DNA of 64,000 bases, from the NCBI RefSeq assembly GCF_006345805.1, contig NC_043025.1, positions 6,014,001 through 6,078,000 on the forward strand, in the 5' to 3' direction. Position 1 is the stretch's first letter; every line of letters starts with the position of its first letter. The notes beneath the pieces are model-generated. The model saw only the letters and a program-made list of their open reading frames with translations. It was not told the origin of the DNA and did not search any database. Below, piece by piece: positions 61,855 through 64,000 of this stretch. This DNA is from Octopus sinensis (taxonomy: Eukaryota). Position numbers and translations under genes: made by a program.

Positions 61855-64000
61855 TGGTTGGATGGATGGTTGGTTGGATGGATGGTTGGATAGATGGTTG
61901 GGTGGTTGGTTGATTGGTTGGATGGATGGTTGGATGGATGGTTGGATGGATGGTTGGTTGGATGATGGATGGTTGGTTGGTTGGATAGATGGATGGATGG
62001 TTGGTTGGTTGGTTAGATGGATGGTTGGATGGATGGTTGAATGGATGGTTGGTTGGATAGATGGTTGGGTGGTTGGTTGATTGGTTAGATGGATGGTTGG
62101 ATGGATGGTTGAATGGATGGTTGGTTGGATAGATGGATGGATGGTTGGTTGGTTGGTTGGATGGATGGTTGGTTGGATAGATGGTTGGGTGGTTGGTTGA
62201 TTGGTTAGATAGATGGTTGGTTGAAAGGTTGGCTGGTTGGTTGGTTGGTTGCTGGGTCGACAGCTGGTTAGGTGAGTGGTTCAATGGTTGGTCATGATTG
62301 GTTGGATGGTTGGTTGGTTGGATGGATGGTGGTTTGATGGAAGGATGAATGGATGGTTGATTGGATGGTTGGTTGGTTGGTTGGTTGGTTGGGTCGACAG
62401 CTGGTTAGGTGAGTGGTTCAATGGTTGGTCATATGATTGGTTGGTTGGTTGGATGGATGGATGGATGGTGGTTTGATGGAAGGATGAATGAATGGTTGAA
62501 TGGATGGTTGGTTGGTTAGATAGATGGATGGTTGGTTGAAAGGTTGGTTGGTTGCTTGGGAGGTTGGTTGGTTGCTTGGGTCGACATCTGGTTAGGTGAG
62601 TGGTTCAATGGTTGGTTGGATGGTTGGTTGGTTGGATGGATGGATGGTGGCTTGATGGAAGGATGAATGGATGGTTGGTTGGTTAGATAGATGGATGGTT
62701 GGTTGAAAGGTTGGTTGCTTGCTTGCTTGGGTCGACAGCTGGTTAGGTGAGTGGTTCAATGATTGGTCATATGATTGGTTGGATGGTTGGTTGGTTGGAT
62801 GGATGGTGGTTTGATGGAAGGATGGATGGTTGATTGGATGGTTGGTTGGTTAGATAGATGGTTGGTTGAAAGGTTAGTTGGTTGGTTAAGAGGTTGGTTG
62901 CTTGCTTGCTTGGGTCGACAGCTGGTTAGGTGAGTGGTTCAATGGTTGGTCATATGATTGGTTGGATGTTGGTTGGATGGATGGATGGATGGTGGTTTTA
63001 TGGAAGGATGAATGGATGGTTGAATGGATGGTTGATTGGATGGTTGGTTGGTTGGTTAGATGGATGGTTGGTTGGTTAGATAGATGGATGGTTGGTTAGA
63101 TAGATGGATGGTTGTTAGATAGATGGATGGTTGGTTGAAAGGTTGGTTGGTTGCTTGGGAGGTTGGTTGGTTGCTTGGGTCGACAGCTGGTTAGGTGAGT
63201 GGTTCAATGGTTGGTCATATGATTGGTTGGATGGTGGTTGGTTGGTTGGTTGGGTCGACAGCTGGTTAGGTGAGTGGTTCAATGGTTGGTCATATGATTG
63301 GTTGGTTGGTTGGATGGATGGATGGATGGTGGTTTGATGGAAGGATGAATGAATGGTTGAATGGATGGTTGGTTGGTTAGATAGATGGATGGTTGGTTGA
63401 AAGGTTGGTTGGTTGCTTGGGAGGTTGGTTGGTTGCTTGGGTCGACATCTGGTTAGGTGAGTGGTTCAATGGTTGGTTGGATGGTTGGTTGGTTGGATGG
63501 ATGGATGGTGGCTTGATGGAAGGATGAATGGATGGTTGGTTGGTTAGATAGATGGATGGTTGGTTGAAAGGTTGGTTGCTTGCTTGCTTGGGTCGACAGC
63601 TGGTTAGGTGAGTGGTTCAATGGTTGGTCATATGATTGGTTGGATGGTTGGTTGGTTGGATGGATGGTGGTTTGATGGAAGGATGGATGGTTGATTGGAT
63701 GGTTGGTTGGTTAGATAGATGGTTGGTTGAAAGGTTAGTTGGTTGGTTAAGAGGTTGGTTGCTTGCTTGCTTGGGTCGACAGCTGGTTAGGTGAGTGGTT
63801 CAATGGTTGGTCATATGATTGGTTGGATGGTTGGTTGGATGGATGGATGGATGGTGGTTTTATGGAAGGATGAATGGATGGTTGAATGGATGGTTGATTG
63901 GATGGTTGGTTGGTTAGATAGATGGATGGTTGGTTAGATAGATGGATGGTTGGTTAGATAGATGGATGGTTGGTTAGATAGATGGATGGTTGGTTGAAAG
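61855..64000. repeat. (GGAT/GGTT)n satellite with an 861-bp higher-order duplication
   Basis: GGGTCGACA anchors at 62391/63252, 62578/63439, 62729/63590 and 62912/63773. Confidence 0.95.

Overview
This is eukaryotic, very repeat-dense, AT-rich genomic DNA. The repeat landscape (tRNA-derived SINEs with central CA/TA microsatellites, RTE LINE tails ending in (GAT)n, Helitrons, abundant microsatellites) looks like a cephalopod, probably Octopus; that assignment is inference. Most of the window is transposon debris and tandem repeats, and almost all ORFs in the supplied track are artefacts of simple repeats. The one well-supported host coding segment is a ~1.67-kb minus-strand terminal exon (55293-56962) encoding a Ser/Thr-rich, probably disordered C-terminus that ends in ESRL. 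It has a plausible upstream 72-nt exon (61739-61810) and a possible alternative last exon starting at 43912; I cannot name the gene. Recognisable transposon coding remnants are an RTE reverse transcriptase (47987-49534), an RTE-X 3' end, a Helitron PIF1-helicase fragment, a hAT transposase and a mariner transposase. The most unusual observations are two hammerhead-ribozyme folds, one of them complete and carrying a compensatory G3:C8 core (26632-26681, minus strand); a SINE-derived 137-bp satellite that flips orientation into a ~1.2-kb fold-back; repeated nesting of other elements into the centre of one SINE family; and a 1.4-kb AG-free zone before the large exon. No CRISPR arrays, rRNA or bona fide tRNA genes are supported.
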